A DNA stretch of 64,000 nt, taken from assembly GCA_043228905.1 (NCBI GenBank), contig JBHGNT010000144.1, positions 3,124-67,123 of the forward strand. The letters run 5' to 3'. Each line of letters begins with the position of its first letter. The first letter of the stretch is position 1. Under the pieces are notes generated by a model. That model saw nothing but the letters and a program-made list of their open reading frames with translations, had not been told where the DNA came from and ran no database searches. This document shows, in pieces, positions 38,260 through 53,140 of the stretch. The stretch is from Azolla caroliniana (taxonomy: Eukaryota; Plantae; Polypodiophyta). The translations under genes and the position numbers were made by a program.

Positions 38260-39066
38260 TGACGGGAACTACAACGTTCCTTATGTGCAACGCTCGGCCA
38301 CAACCGAGCTTAGAATCATACACAGAAAACGGGAAATGAAACGCACGACACAAAGAGGAGAAGACGAGTACGCAGGATGTTTACGTGGAAAACCCAAACT
38401 AAGGGAAAAACCACGGCAGCCCACATGCTACAAACTATCACTATGTTAGAATGTACAACAGTGAGTTCACGGAGGCAACGACCTCGTGCTCACGATCCTC
38501 GCCACAGGCGGCGGTTACAACAGAGGCAACGACCTCTTTCTCTCTCTCTCTCTCTGTGTACACAGTTACACGTTGTCTCTCTCCTTGCACCAACAAGAAT
38601 GAAAACAACTACTAAAAGTTTGCCCTAAGTCATATTTATACTAATATGACTTTTCGGCTATTTACAAATATAGCCTCTATGGACTCACAAAAACATATTT
38701 ACGAATATGTCTCCTCATCCGGTTCTCACCGGGTTTGCACCATCCGGCTCTCCGTAGCCGGATACTCCTCATCCGGTTCTCACCGGGTCTGCACCATCCG
38801 GCTCTCCGTAGCCGGGTACTCCTCATCCGGTTCTCACCGGGTGTGCACCATCCAGCTCTCCGTAGCCGGATACTCCTCATCTGGTTCTCACCGGGTCTGC
38901 ACCATCCAGCTCTCCGTAGCCGGGTACTCCTCATCCGGTTCTCATCGGGTCTGCACCCTCCGACTCTCCGTAGCCGGGTACTCCTCATCCGGTTTCGGCC
39001 TCAACCGAGTTTTTTCATCGGCACTGTTCTTCTCCCTTCCAATCCGGAGGGACCTGTCTCCCAACA
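38260..39066 (-). mobile_element. Solo LTR, same family as 28938-29745, with 54-bp array (38710-38995)
   Basis: Same termini TGACGGGAAC...TCCCAACA; flanks ATTCA / AT-CA; interrupts the GAG-pre-integrase coding region. Confidence 0.88.
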
Positions 39067-39874
39067 ATCATGTGTCATAACTATGGCATGGACGACTCGG
39101 ACACCTCAGCAAGGCCGGCATAACGCATTTATCCATATCCGGATACATCCCCAAACTCTCCTTCTCGGATCACCAATTCTACGAGCACTATCAGTATGGA
39201 AGAATTTGAGTCGAATTTAGTTATGAATATGAATAGATTATAAGAAAGAGATAGAAATTCATGAATCCCAAGAATATAGTTTTTTAGCTTTATTAATATT
39301 TAACCCTAATTATACTTTCGAATAGATTGGAATCGATAGGAATATATTGGAAAAGAGAGTCTATCGAAAACCTCGTGAATCCCACGAGTATTATATTAAT
39401 CAATATTTAGACCCAAATAATCAACCCATATCCCCCCCCCCCCCCCCCCTTTATTACATTGTGCTTCCCATTCTTATAAAGTGATGGGAGAGGCTTAGCA
39501 CATAACAATCTATGCTTTTTTCTAACTATAGACTTTATGCTTTTTCTTCTAATAATAGTGTCCATGCACGTGAGATGTGCATGAATAACTTTTTCAATCA
39601 TGTGATTTCTTTTAAATAAAGTTTTAGGCACTTTACACGTATAAAAGTAGCTTTTCTTATAAAATATAGGTGAAATAACCTTTGTATGTGGGATATCTAC
39701 TTTTTTAACACTCATCATGTATTAGTGTAATGGTAATGCTTCAAGTTATTAACATGGATGTACAAGGTTCAAATCTTGTCCTATGTATGTTAACATATGT
39801 TTTAATATTTCCTTCATATTTATTCAATCGGTTATTTTATACGTTTTTTACGTAGTGTACAAATTACACTACGA

Positions 39875-40355
39875 CAACATGGAAAACCCTAACCGAAAAA
39901 AACCACGTGAGCCCACAAACCCCAACTATCACTATGAGAGGAAGGGTACAATGAGAGACTTAGAGGCAACGACCTCAAGCTCTATGTCTTCGCCAACCAG
40001 CGGTTACAACAGAGAGTACTTTATGTTTCTCTCTCGCTCTCTCTCTCTCTCTCGCTCGCTCTCTACAACAAGAATAACCATAATGATGATCTACATGCAA
40101 AACAGTATTGCCCTAGTTATATTTATACTTATATAACTTTGGGGTTATTTACAAATATGACCTCAACGGTCACGTCTGAACATATTTACTAATATGTTCC
40201 TATTTGCTGGTTCATACAGGATCCGATTGGACTCCTTCCAAATCCATCTAATCCGGTATTCGGATACCTTCCGGACCCATCCGGTCCGGTTCCTTCCTTC
40301 GGCTCGTCCAATCCGGCTCATCCGGATCCCATCCAGAGGGACCTGTTTCCCACCA
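39875..40355 (-). mobile_element. Truncated copia LTR (family of 6041-6575)
   Basis: Colinear similarity from GGAAAACCCTAA...GAGCCCACAAAC to GAGGGACCTGTTTCCCACCA. Confidence 0.8.
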
Positions 40356-41154
40356 AGAGGCTTTATGGCTCAGTCGGCTGGCGTGTACGTTTCTACAAGC
40401 CGACCCCAATTCGGCCCCAGTTGTCTACAATGACAGTCTAGGTGTTGTTGGTCTGTCAAAGAATCTAGTTCATCACAACGCCTCCAAACATATCCACGTT
40501 CGGTATCATTTCGTTCGAGACTGTGTAACTTCAGGGAATCTCAACCTCGAGAAGATCTCCACAACCAACAACATATTAGACGGGATGACCAAGTGTCTCA
40601 TAGTTGATCGGTTCCGGTCACTTCAACACCAGATGGGCCTAAGGAGTATTCAGTCCGATCGAGTTAGACAACAGAGAGAGCTTCGAGCACTCGGCCTTCC
40701 GATCTACTCTAGCATCTCTTTGTATAACCTGTATTTTCTATTTTATATTACAGGTCTCTCATTAATGTATACGCCCATTACGGGGGAGCGTCGAATGCCG
40801 TTGTCTAATGGTCATATTCACATTGTCCATTGGAAAGATTAGGTTTAGGACAATTCTATAAATATGTCAAAGGAAAGTTGCCCTAGCCCAGTTAGTATAT
40901 AAGGGGCTTTGTAACCTAGTTCATAAGGTTGTTGCCTCCATTTGTTATAACTCTAATTTTTTGAATAATAATACATTTACATATTGTGTGCCATTCTCTA
41001 TCTCTCTCACTCTCACTCTTGTCTCCTTGATCTTGCCTTCACTTGCTAACTCGGTGATCTTCTTAGCAAGGTGATGTTTTTGTTTCCGCACTTCCTAGTC
41101 CAAGACCGTTGTGGTCCCGCTCGGACAACACTCACGCGAATCATCGCGACAACA

Positions 41155-42060
41155 TGATCTAGTTGCACACTTTTATCGAGGTTGATTCTGATTGAGAAAC
41201 CAAGGTATTTGACCATTGAGCCCCTCGGAATCCATTTGACGCCTCAGTGGGGTTCCAAAGGTTGACGAGGCATCCATGTGAGGTTACCTTGAAGCCCCTG
41301 ACTTTTGCGCTTGAGGCCCTACAAAAGGTTTCTACCATTTCCTTTGCTTTGCTAAGGTTAGAGATGGAGCCATGCAAGAAAAGCATGGTATCATCTGCAA
41401 ACTCCAAATCAATCAGATCCTGTTTGCAATTGGGGATCGAGAGTCCTTTTGGAGGAGTTGTAGACCTATTCAAGTAGTTCAGAGATAAAGAGGAAAAGGA
41501 AGGGGGCCTCCTACACTGATCATGTGAGGTGAAACCTTGTGCCTTTTCTTCCGGACAGACAGCAAGACGCCTTTTCAAAGTCCAACATTAAGCAAACGAT
41601 GTTCTGATTAGTAGGCCGTGCAACTGCCAATGCTTCCCAGAATGTTAAGACATTATCGATGATTGATCTATAATTTTGACATAAAGCTTGTTTGGTTGAT
41701 CTGGATAAGATCGGGCATGAAGCTTTTGATTCTCTGTGCCAAGACGTTAGCATAGATCTTATAAATCGGGTTGAGAATAGTAAAAGGCCTCCAATTTTGA
41801 ATTGTTTCCATTTCTCCATTTCCTTTGGGGACCAAGTAGATCATCCCCTCTGCAAAAAAAGACTCTGGCATGTGTTCAGTGCTCCACATTTCCTAGAAGC
41901 CTTTCACAGTCGTATCAGAGATTGCATCCCAGAACATGTCAAAGAAAATCAGTGGAATTCCATCGATCCCTGGACATGCGGCAAGACTGATTTTCCTCAA
42001 TCCATCTGCTATCTCAGCTTTATCTAAGGGTCTGCATATTCTACTCTAATCAGCCCCTGT
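41155..42060 (-). mobile_element. LINE (L1/Tx1-like) reverse transcriptase fragment
   Basis: NWRPFTILN..YKI, RSIIDNV, LDFEKA and FADDT motifs across shifted frames. Confidence 0.88.
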
Positions 42061-43098
42061 AAGCCTGGACTGTATGCATGTAAGAACTTATGTAAGAACA
42101 GTTGGCAAGGAAAGTATGGACTAAAGAATGGATGCTCTCTTCAAATATGCAAGAGATCTGCTACCTATCTTAGGTTTCTATCCACGAATTGGAATCCAGA
42201 GGAATGGCTGGAAATGTGGAAGAAAATAGTGATATGTGGGGAAGGATGCGAGGAAGGAAACTGGTTGCTTATCTATGCATCCCTAAACCAAGAGGTGGAC
42301 TGCCAAAAAAGCACTTTCCATTTTTACAAAGATGTGTTACTTTCAGACAAACAAAAAACCATGAGACCTGCCTGGATGGTTGCAGGCCAAAAGGAGATGG
42401 GAGGCTGGGACACACTTAAAACTGTCTCAGAATCACAAACGCTTGACATGTTTCTATGCATCTAATCTCCTGGAACGTACAGGGATTAGGCGACGGACAT
42501 TGTCAGATGGATAAGAAACAATTCCGCGGGGAATTCAAATATGTAGTCCAAACTCTCATTCACCAGCTTTTTCAATATTCTCTAAATATTTGTTTCCATG
42601 GAAGTTCTCAATCTATTTTGCTTGAGGTTGATGGTAAGTCATTAGTTATTGCTTATCGATAATAACATGGTAGTGGGTTAACCACCTCTATGATAGGATA
42701 TTAGGCCATTGGCATGACAAAATAAGACTCGATCCGGATATGATTTATAAAGCAACCACATGCATTGTAGTATTCATAAGAGTAGTTAAACAAGATCATT
42801 GCCCTCTTTCTTACTCATATTTATTCTTATAAGAGTGACAAATTACAAGAATGAGTAGAGAAATAAGTAATTGTCGGAATGACATTGTGAATATACTAAG
42901 GCTCAAGTCTCTTCTATTCTCCTCTCAAGAATAACTTATCAAGTGGTTTGTCATGGAAGTATAGGTACAAGGCAACAATACTTTATCTGCTACTAGAGAT
43001 ATAATTAGTGAATAACTTCTCGAAATTCCAATTATATTAAGTTGAACAATAAACCCCACAATTTATTAGTATTCTAAGGTGATTGGTTAAAGTTTTAA

Positions 43099-43412
43099 GG
43101 GAAAAGTACAAGGATACCCCTGGAAGTTCGTCTATTTACAAGAATGCCCCTAGAAGTTCCAAATTTACCAAACTACCCCTATGTCCAATAAATTACACTT
43201 TATAAAGTAATTATACACTCAAATCTTTGGTAAATAGGGCCAGTTTGGGTCCATTTCTTCCATCTTTGGTCAATAGGGGTTGTAGATTTGATTGTATAAA
43301 TACTTTATAAAGTGTAATTTTTTGGACATAGGGGTAGTTTGGTAAATTTGGAACTTCCAGGGGCATTCTGGTAAATAGATAAACTTCCAAGGGTATCCTG
43401 GTACTTTCCCCC
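43099..43412. mobile_element. MITE with about 110-bp TIRs (Mutator-like)
   Basis: 43099-43209 is the reverse complement of about 43301-43412; GGG..CCC ends; flanks AGTTTTAA/AATTTTAA suggest an 8-9 bp TSD. Confidence 0.82.
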
Positions 43413-43849
43413 AATTTTAAATAGGTTTATTATTTACAGGGGCATAATTCACATGTTTTAACAAGTTCTTCGTTGTTTATCTTATACTACATTGCATGTT
43501 CATATTTTTCCTTAGAATATGGCTTTCCAAGTTTAAGATTTCACGAGCTCAAGTCTTTGAAAAAAGAAAATGAGATAATAAAGAATTTTATTTTATGGAT
43601 TTTTACACCTCCAAAATCATCTATATAACCATAGAGCAAGGGCGGATGTACACGTAGGTAGGTGCCTTTTGTGCAATCTTTTACTATTCACCATATCAAT
43701 AATTCTATAAAGGCATTGATGCCATCTTGTAAACAATAAAGCATCCACTTTATCAAGTCGAGAGTGTTGAGTTGCCTTTCTACTTATTCTATATATAGTT
43801 CTACTCCTAAAAACTTCGGATAAAATGCCTCGTGTTTGAAATTGCAAAA

Positions 43850-46800
43850 CTAAACAAAGAGGAAAGGATAATTGACCTTGAGTGTAAATGCTTTGGATGT
43901 AGAGGTTTTAAGGACATGGGTAATGCACCATGACAGGGGAAACAAGTTGTATGCGTGTTAGGTGAGAATAGAAATTAGAGAACATTGACATAAATAGATA
44001 GATTTCTACAATCATCCTTGAAGGCATTATATAACCTTCAAGGATCACAGAAAATATATTCATGTGGCGTGTGTAGAATCGATCATGTGGGTTTTAGTAC
44101 AAGGATGATATGCGTCACTTTCTAATTGACGTTAGATAGATTGTTAGTGTTGCATGTTTTTGTTAAATGGTCGAGTTTCCAAGGCCATATCTTTTACACG
44201 ATCAATAGGCAAGGAATCTTGTTGAGCTCCTTATTATTTCTTATTGCTACAAACACAGGTACGATACACAATGAAGCAAAATGTATGGGAATTTTTGAAG
44301 ATATTCTCCCATTATGGCAACAACTAATAGCTCAAATGTTGGCGAATGATTCGTTCATGTTATTAAAAGGTCTAACTTAAAATATAGTTAAAGTCATCAA
44401 AGTGTGGAGCATATTTTCCTTGTGTAGTGGTTACACATTCATATGCACATGTCTATGTTGATCTAATGCACTTAAATTTGTTTGATTTATCTTGGAGGAC
44501 ATGGTTGAATATTGTAACAAAGTGAATATGTTACCCTATTCTTATTGATGTCGTATTCTCACAAAGTTTAACTTGGAGATCGATTATAATCCTATTTAGA
44601 TTTGTATATTATAAGTTTTGGGCCTAGTCATTGATATACTTCAACCTAAAGTGGTGAAACCAATTAACATGCTTGTGATTTCATATTTTTATTATAATAT
44701 CATGGACAAACAAGTCACTTGATCAATTGACTCATCCACTAAAGTCTACATATGAGTTGAGTTTTATGGCCATATGCACCCTAAAGTGCTTAGGGAGTAG
44801 TCTTGCTCAATTTGGAAGACCATAAAGTTTCACATGGATTCAAACACTTAAAGGTTGGTATCTATCTTGGGAAAATGAAGTTTGAAGCTTGATGGTGAGC
44901 ATGTTATTAATAGTGCTAAGTCATTTGAAATCTCAAATTTTATTATGGCTCAACACTTAGTGCTCTTGTAGTAACAAAGATTTCGATTGGTCAAGAGGCA
45001 ACGGTAGAATGTAAACACTGGAGTAATTCCCCTACGAAAAACAACATTCACTTCTTCAAGGTTTTTTCCATTGGGATGGAAAAGAAAGTCTCAAGTCAAA
45101 ATATAACTCTATATAGAGCAACTTGGTTTCATGGTTGTAAAAAATATTATTTTTGTGTCATGTAGGAAAATCATGATCTTCAATATTGTTTTAACCACGT
45201 TTCATATACCTTATGGTTACATTCCATGAGAAAATACTTGTTTGGTGGGAAATATTGGGTGATTTGGCTTAGGTGATGACTTTAAAATTCCAATACATTT
45301 TAGATGAGATGTGTCTTCTGTGTTTAGTTATTGAGAAGGATTATGCATAGATTCCTCACATGCATGATTGTTAAAGCCATTCAAGTTGTTATGTTGCAAA
45401 TCTTGCAATCATTACCTAGAAAATGTGTGTAGCCTTTTTAGTGGGTTTCCACTTGGGAATCAAAAGCATTACTCTTCCCCATCTAGTGAGGTAGTATTTG
45501 AATACCTTGGATATTAGGGTCTATGGTACCATTGGGGTAAGAAGAAAGGGTTCTTGTTTGATGGTGTCTATGGAGTATGAGTATATCGATTGAAAGGAAA
45601 ATTGATTTGGAAGTTTCAACTTTCAACAATATAGTTGTGTTGAAATATTGTCCATAGAGGAGTTGGCATTATATAAGGTAGTCTTACAATACCTTAGAGG
45701 GTTAGCCTTGCCACAAGATCCTGACTATTATTCTGGTGGACAACGGGGTTTTTATATTTGTCTCAATAAATATACTACTTTTAATAGAGAGAAAGTAAAT
45801 GAAAAAGTAGATTTGTTTGTTTTATTTTGCACATTTGAAAGACAAAAAGGGATAAATTAGTTAGTACAAATTTGTTGTATAGTTTGGACATTATTGGCAT
45901 AAGAGCAAAGGTGACACGTATCTTTGAGAATGCATAGGTTGATAGTGATGTTTCTCCACTTCCCTTTCTTTTCAAACTGCACTTTATTTTTTTTATAATC
46001 AATGCCAAGTGCATAGGTGGCTTTCGTTAGGTTCAAGTGGGCTAATGGGAAAACCACATATAAATAGAAATTTAAGCTTTGTTGTTCTTTGAGTAGGAAG
46101 CAAATTAAATTCTAATTTCAAATGGACAGGTGTCATTTGAGTTAGACAAGTAGGGCCATACCAATAAGAGTGAGACTTAGTTGAGAAAAGGCCGAGAAAA
46201 ATATTCATATACCATACATACACGAATACATGCACACAGACACATCCTTATGTTTGTTTATATATAAACAATGTGTTTGGCCCATCCCAAATGTAATGTA
46301 GCACACAATAAACATGATCGGAATCTTCTTGTCCACTTTATGCGTAGATAAGTCTAATCATTGGATACAAGGGAGAAAATAAAGAGAAATAGAGACGTGT
46401 CATGTCTATATGTATCGGTTGTTCGAGATATTGTCCCGACTCCTATCCACAAAACTTAGGAAACAAACTAGGCATAGAACCTAGAAGATTAAGGAATTTA
46501 GAAACAGCCTAATAAATCTACATCAATTGCCCTTCACGTTTAAAGGTTAGTCATCAAATCAAAGTCTCTTATCTTTATTTGCAAATAAACTACATGATTA
46601 TTCCTTCAAAATACAAGGTCATGTGGGATGACAGAGACCATTTGAGTACACCTCAAGTAGTCGAGTTGAACATAACATTGTTGGAGCATGTGTGAACGAA
46701 TGACTTGATATTTGTGTTTCATAAAATTTCTTTCTTTGTTGCCACGTGATAAAAAGAAGACGCTAATCTATTAGAGCAATAGTCCAATCAGTCGTACAGT

Positions 46801-49800
46801 AAATTGTAATATAAGGAAATGGTGTTTATATTGGAAGGTGTAGCACATAGATGCCTTTACATTTATGTATGTGCATTTTTAAAGATGTTTAGGCACACAT
46901 GCATGTCTATATGTTGATATAGACCATATAATGTGCACAATGGTACCACATTGGTGCACCTCGGGATTCTAAACTTCAACACGCCAATGTTAGGGGTAAT
47001 AGGAAACGTGCAGAAAGATGACACGTAATGCACAAACAAGATTATACATTTCCATTGACAAAAGCATTTACTATGCATGACTTTGCTTTGTGTAAACATT
47101 TCTATTCAAGATGAGATAGTGGATCGAGTTGGCTCCACATATTTGATGTAATTGTACCAAATGTCAAGGCATAACTACAATATACAATAAACTTCCAAAA
47201 TATTTGTAGGTTTTAGAGTTTCTTAATTTCTAACAAGCGACAAAACTCGCTACACTATTAAGTTCTAAGCAGCTTTGAACGTATATATGTATGTTTTGAT
47301 CCAAATTCCTACATGATGATAAATATTTATTGGATTCTACTAGTTTAGCAACATTGTTAAACAAATAATTTACCCAACATTGTTGCTACATCATAATATG
47401 CTTAGAAATACATATAAGCAATCAGATTACATCACCATATCATAGGTGAGGTGTGCGGAAAATCATTAGAACAACACAAGAAGAAATTATGAATAAGGGC
47501 TATTTTATTGCATGTATGACATCACAAAACATTATATAATTCAATGTCTTCAAGACATCACAAAACATACTCTAGTTTTTTCAAGTCTAATGATACAACC
47601 AAAATTCATTTACGGTCTTATATAAGTTATACCAAAAAGTTTGAAAAACTAAATTGATTAAGATTGGGCATGTCACATGAATAGATTATAATTTACAAGT
47701 CGTTCATAATGAATCCAAAGATGCCTAGCAAAGTATTCCATATGTTTGTCAATTCTAAGGCATTTATTTATTGATTACCGAAATCACACGAGAGATAGAG
47801 GATATTTTATCTTTCTATGGAATGATGGACTCTATTTCTCTCTTCAATAACACAAAATTATGCACATGCCTATATTTATAAACCTTTACTAATAGACTCT
47901 AAAGTATTGCCTAAGTGAATCTTATACACTTTTATTTTTACAGGTCTATCCAGGATACCTTTGTTATAAGTTACAACAAAAAATGAGGCTCTTCATGGGG
48001 TAAGTCCCAACATGTAGGTAAGTCATATAGAAGTTATATGGCACATTGTGCACAAGGGGGTGGGTTCTAGCACTTATAGTTGCGTTTAGTTTACACAAGA
48101 TGGTGATTTTGTAATTTGGTGCAATAAGTGTAAATTGTAATATATTGTGGAAACATGATTCCCTTCATCTTTCTCAAGCCATGATACTTTGATTTTGCAA
48201 AAAAACACATTCTTTGAGGAACTTTTGAGATATTATGAAGAATAATTGTCATGCATCTCATTGTTCAAACCATTTCTTCATATTTTGCATCCATCAAGAA
48301 CTCAATATGTTACTTTTGTGTGTCGTAACTTTTTATATTCGCTTCCCATGCAATTCTAGGATTTTCATGTGAAATGTTTTCATGAAGTTACATTTATCCT
48401 CGATTATTTTTTCCATGCCCATGATTAATTTCTTGGACAAGTGTCGCTCGATTGACATATTGTCAATTAGTAAGATTGTCTAGTAGACATAAAGATGTCA
48501 TAAGTTTAATCCCCTATATTTTGCTTTGGCATCTAATTGATAAAATGGTTATGGCACAATCTCAATACGATGAGTGAGACATAAATGGATATATTATCAT
48601 TCTCAAAGGTCAAGTATTGACCTATGAGACCAAAAGTTGAACATTTTCATGTCACATTATTAGACTTGAGTAAAGCCTCTCTATGTTCAAGAAACAAAAC
48701 TTGAATATAGTATTAGAATTGAATGCATGTTTCAACATGAGGGAGATGTGCATAGGAGCAATGATACAAATGATGAACAAAGAGATCGGCTTCACCATGT
48801 ATTAATGAGTGTCGTTTCCCCATATGGAGAATATGTTGGTTTTGTAGTATGGTGCAACATATGAAATATAATATAATGTAAAACATAAGCTTCCCATCTT
48901 TCTCTAATCATGATACATTAACATTGTAAAAAAACCTAATTCATGGATTAGTCTATTGACGTATTTTGAAGAAATGTTTTAACCATATCACCTTCCAAAC
49001 CATATCTTCATATCTTGCATCCATTCAAAATTCATCTGTGTTTCTATGTCATATGAAATTTTATTCTTGTTTCACATGCAACTCTAGGAATTGAACCTTT
49101 TATGAACCTTACATGTGTACTCGACAATCTTTCACATGCCATGAACTCAATGGGAAGTGATCTAGTATAAAGAAGTGGGTGCATTATGGAGTTTGTATTT
49201 ATGACATGAAGAAACTTCATAGAAGTTGTTTTTGAACATTTCCAAACCTTTTGACCAATCGCATCCCACCTTTGATATGTTTTGTCCAATCTTTCATTGC
49301 ATGTTAAATGAGAAGTTTTCTATTCATGAGACATATAGCCTCTATTACAATGCATACTAACTTTCCCCCAAAAGTCTAACAATCTTACTGATCCATTCAA
49401 GCAAAACTACTATGCCGTCTCCCAACAAAACTAGGGGAGCTTATTGAAATTTGTGAACTTGTTTGCATTCATGTGTACTTTAAGGAATTTACCCCAACAT
49501 CCATTATGACACAATGGAAAATATCTTGAACTTAAGCCATAGTTAGCATTGAATCCCCTTTCAATACGCTTGTCTTAGGCAAAATCCATCCCACCAAACA
49601 ATGACCTATTGTTCAAAAAAATTGTGCAATGTTGACCACTCTTCCAACAAATCTCCATGATGTTCCTAGTTTTGTATGTGCCACTCTATTTAGCACTTAA
49701 CAAACCACCATCAATATAACATGTTGCGTTGGACATTGGACATAATGGACCAAGTCAAGACTAACTAACCCGCTCCACCTTTGTAGTTAAAGTTTATTGA

Positions 49801-50500
49801 CCTGCATTAAAGTTCTCCACTAAACCACAATTACACCAACCTAGGGATCCTTATGCCATGATTCGATACACTTGTCCAATGGTGTCTTATCCCACTTTGG
49901 TTCCCCTCACCAATCAAGTTGCACTCCATGCTTACCAACATCACACTCATTACAACACTCCTAGGTGATCCTATTATTATGGTTGTTACTATAATAGCTA
50001 TTTGAGTAGTGAGGATGTGCCACCAAAAACCGAATACAACTTGGATTGATACAGGCATGATTCTCTTAGGGTAGATTGACATAAATGTGATCCCTAAGAA
50101 CACCTCAAAAACTACAACAATCAATATTCCTAAATACCCCACATCAAGCTCGACGGGATTTGTACAACCACTTTATATCACCTCAATATGTTTCCCGCCA
50201 CCACTATCTATTGATTGACACAAATGTGATCCCTAAGAACACCTCAAAAACTACAACAATCAATATTCCTAAATACCCCACATCAAGCTCGACGGGATTT
50301 GTACAACCACTTTATATCACCTCAATATGTTTCCCGCCACCACTATCTGTTGATTGACACAAATGTGATCCCTAAGAACACCCCAAAAACTACAACAATC
50401 AATATTCCTAAATACCCCACATCAAGCTCGGCAGGATTGGTACAACCACTTTATATCACCTCAATATGTTGCCCTCTTGGTCCCATGCACAACTAATGGC
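43850..50500. mobile_element. Heavily decayed DNA-transposon (possibly hAT/ZNF862-like) remnants
   Basis: Only short motif traces (G.S.FQG near 44170 +, a TRW.S-like trace near 44850 +, PKWD near 49890 -). No open frame survives and the boundaries are uncertain. Confidence 0.3.
50074..50470. repeat. 139-bp tandem repeat, about 2.9 copies
   Basis: Units start at 50074, 50213 and 50352 (GATTGACACAAATGTGATCCCTAAGAACACC...) and are nearly identical. Confidence 0.93.
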
Positions 50501-52299
50501 CCAATCCCTTCCAATGCTAGATGCAAATAAAATTAATTTATTTTTACATCGGTAACCAATATTCATTATGCTAGATAGACAAAAGGGAAACACCCAACCA
50601 CTAACTTCATTAGAGTGACCATTCTCAACCTGTCATAGGTATGCACCTGGAAATAGACTAACAACTACCAAACCCCTTCCACTGAAAGGTTAAACAAGTG
50701 ATTGGAGATGCCACTACTCAATAACAACGGCCACGCCAAAATTCAAGACATAAAAGCACTTACCTCTCGACTCTATGCAATCATGGACTCCTTGAAGGCT
50801 TCTTAAGTTAAACCAACATTAACATACACTTAATGACAACACAAATTAAGAAATATTATTGAGAATTAGTAAATAAGAAACATCTTAAGTGTCTCAATTA
50901 AATAGATAGTTTTATAGTAAAAAATAGATATATCTCAATTAATTAGTGTGGAAAAGTTACATGGAAGAAAGTGGCTCTTAGTAGAAGAGAGAGAATGAGA
51001 ACCAAACGGGTTTGTTTTTTATTTTAAAAACTTTTAAAATTTTGTAAAAAAAAATCTAAAAATTTTAAAATTGTTTTTAAACAATCTTTTCATTTTTAGA
51101 CCTTATTCTCACATTTTACAAACATCTTTAAACATTTAAAATAATAAAATATTTTAAATTTAAAAATTAAAAATTGACCTAAGTTGAAAACCGAAACTGA
51201 ACCACAAAACCACGGTTTTATATGGTTTAACGGTTTGAAATTAACGGTTCAGTTTAATGGTTTCGTGGTTCATTTCGGTTCAATTTCGGGTTTCAAAATG
51301 TCTAGACGGTTTGGTTTTGCCCCTCTCAAACCAAACCAAACTGTTGCCGATTGTTAATGGTAGCCCCAAAGTTGGGTTCTTTTTACATAAGATCTCTTGA
51401 GCATTTATACAAATTGGAAACCCAAAAGTATCTTTCACATTACACACCCATTTGGCATTAGCCATTGTCGCCTAATAAAGAGGTTCCCCAAAAACTATAA
51501 TGACCATGTTTCTTACATTTATTTTGCCTTCGATCAATATTTTAGATTGGAAATATTAAGCCTCATAGGATTGTTATTACCAAAAAAATATGACATTAAT
51601 TCTCGTAACACAAATCTCACAATTGCTTCGCATCACCTCATGCTTGTGTCATAGTTTTGATGGCACCGTTGTTTGTGAGTATCGGTTGAAGAAATGCACG
51701 ATCGAGCCTTGTTCTCATCAGAGAAGAAGTCAGTAGCACCATTTCAGCAACCATTACAAACCTAGAACAACAATGTAGGGGTTGCAACCCATCAAATCAT
51801 ACATAAATTTTATCCACAAGGCACATGAGTAAAAATGGTTGAAATATACAAAATTTATGTTTGGCCTCAATACAATTTTTATGTAGATCATTTTGTTTTT
51901 ACACTGTTCATTTTGTTTCCGCCTTTGTGCATCTAATCAATGTGTCATTTAATTGGCTAAGTATTATAATTGATTCTCTCTTCCTTGTGAATAATGAAAC
52001 AATGGTAACTAAGTGAGTCCTTGCCCTATGATCAAGCTCCCATCAAGTTGCAAGTAATGCCAATAGGGGTATGGACAAGAGGTCTACGCACAAGCCTTAG
52101 GGTAAAACACCATTATCCAAGCCATATTTCCATCCTAAATAATAAGCAATGTGGGGAGCCCTCTATCATTGTCAACTTATAGTTTGTGTTTACAAGACTT
52201 GGAGATTGAAGGGTCCCTAGCAAGTCAACATACGTAAGTGAAACTTGTAACATCAACCCAATGAGGGTTGATAATAGAATGGAATTGGATTAATGAGTT

Positions 52300-53140
52300 G
52301 AATCTTGCTTATACCTTTCAATCTGCACAATATAGATAAATGGGTCATTCCTATTTGCACTCGAAAAAGCTTAGCTAGAGCAATCCTACTTGGTTTTGGA
52401 GGATCATATGGTAGCTCGAAGATTCAACCTCTCACTATTAAGCAGTATAGAGTAAATTATCACCAAGTTTTGGCAAAAAATTTGGAAACAACAACATGTG
52501 AGGCGAATTACCATGTTCCAATGGCTATTAATACATAAGTCCTTACCGGTGGGAGCATGGCAACGTGGGAACCTTAGCTCTCCTAATTGTGTAGAGTGCC
52601 CACATGTAGTAGAATCAATGCAACACGCTCTGTGGGACTGCCCAACGTCCCATCAAATATGGTGGGGGGTTGACTGCTTGTTGCAATTATGCCAAGTGCA
52701 AGGCTCCATCAAGTGGGGAAATATATGTTGGCTATCATGGCAAACCTCAGTTGGCAGATACGAGCATTAGGAGGAGGGGATGACTTTGGTGATAAAAGCA
52801 CAAGAGGTTTTTTTCTCCACCAGGGCAATATCCACTCAACTCCTCTTAATGACAAAGCTCAAGCTGTGTTGGAATTAGTCAACCCAATAACTCTTATGGA
52901 TTCTATGGAAACAACGGTGTAGACGGGTCTTCTCCAACCAAACCGTGCATCCAACAAGGCTATTGCAAGAGATATGGAGTGAAATTGTAGCCACTCTAAA
53001 GAGCTAATATGATGGCCTCAAGGGTGGCTCCGATGGAGTTGAAAGACAACGAATAGCCTTTATCCAACAATGGTCGTCCTCTCCCTTTCTTGAGTTAGTG
53101 GGCATCCACATAAGATGGAACTATCGCGTCCCTACAAGGA
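52300..53140 (+). mobile_element. LINE ORF2 3' fragment (zf-RVT-like)
   Basis: FQWLLIHKSLPVG.W......C.EC...ES..HALWDC..S..IW at 52498-52770. Confidence 0.75.

Larger units (their letters stand above)
35975..41154 (+). mobile_element. Internally deleted or composite Ty1/copia element
   Basis: Related LTRs about 35975-36294 and 40789-41154; PBS TGGTATTAGAGC; gag 36970-37615; protease WLLDSG; WHGRLGH near 39085; RNase H tail about 40356-40650; PPT GGGGGAG. Integrase and RT are missing and no TSD was found. Confidence 0.78.

Noticed and set aside
42456-42662. ISWNVQGLG LINE endonuclease start
   Set aside because: A single short motif with no continuation; too little to annotate.
51000-51345. 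AAACC/GGTTT-rich MITE-like patch
   Set aside because: Subterminal-type motifs are present but no clear TIR or TSD.
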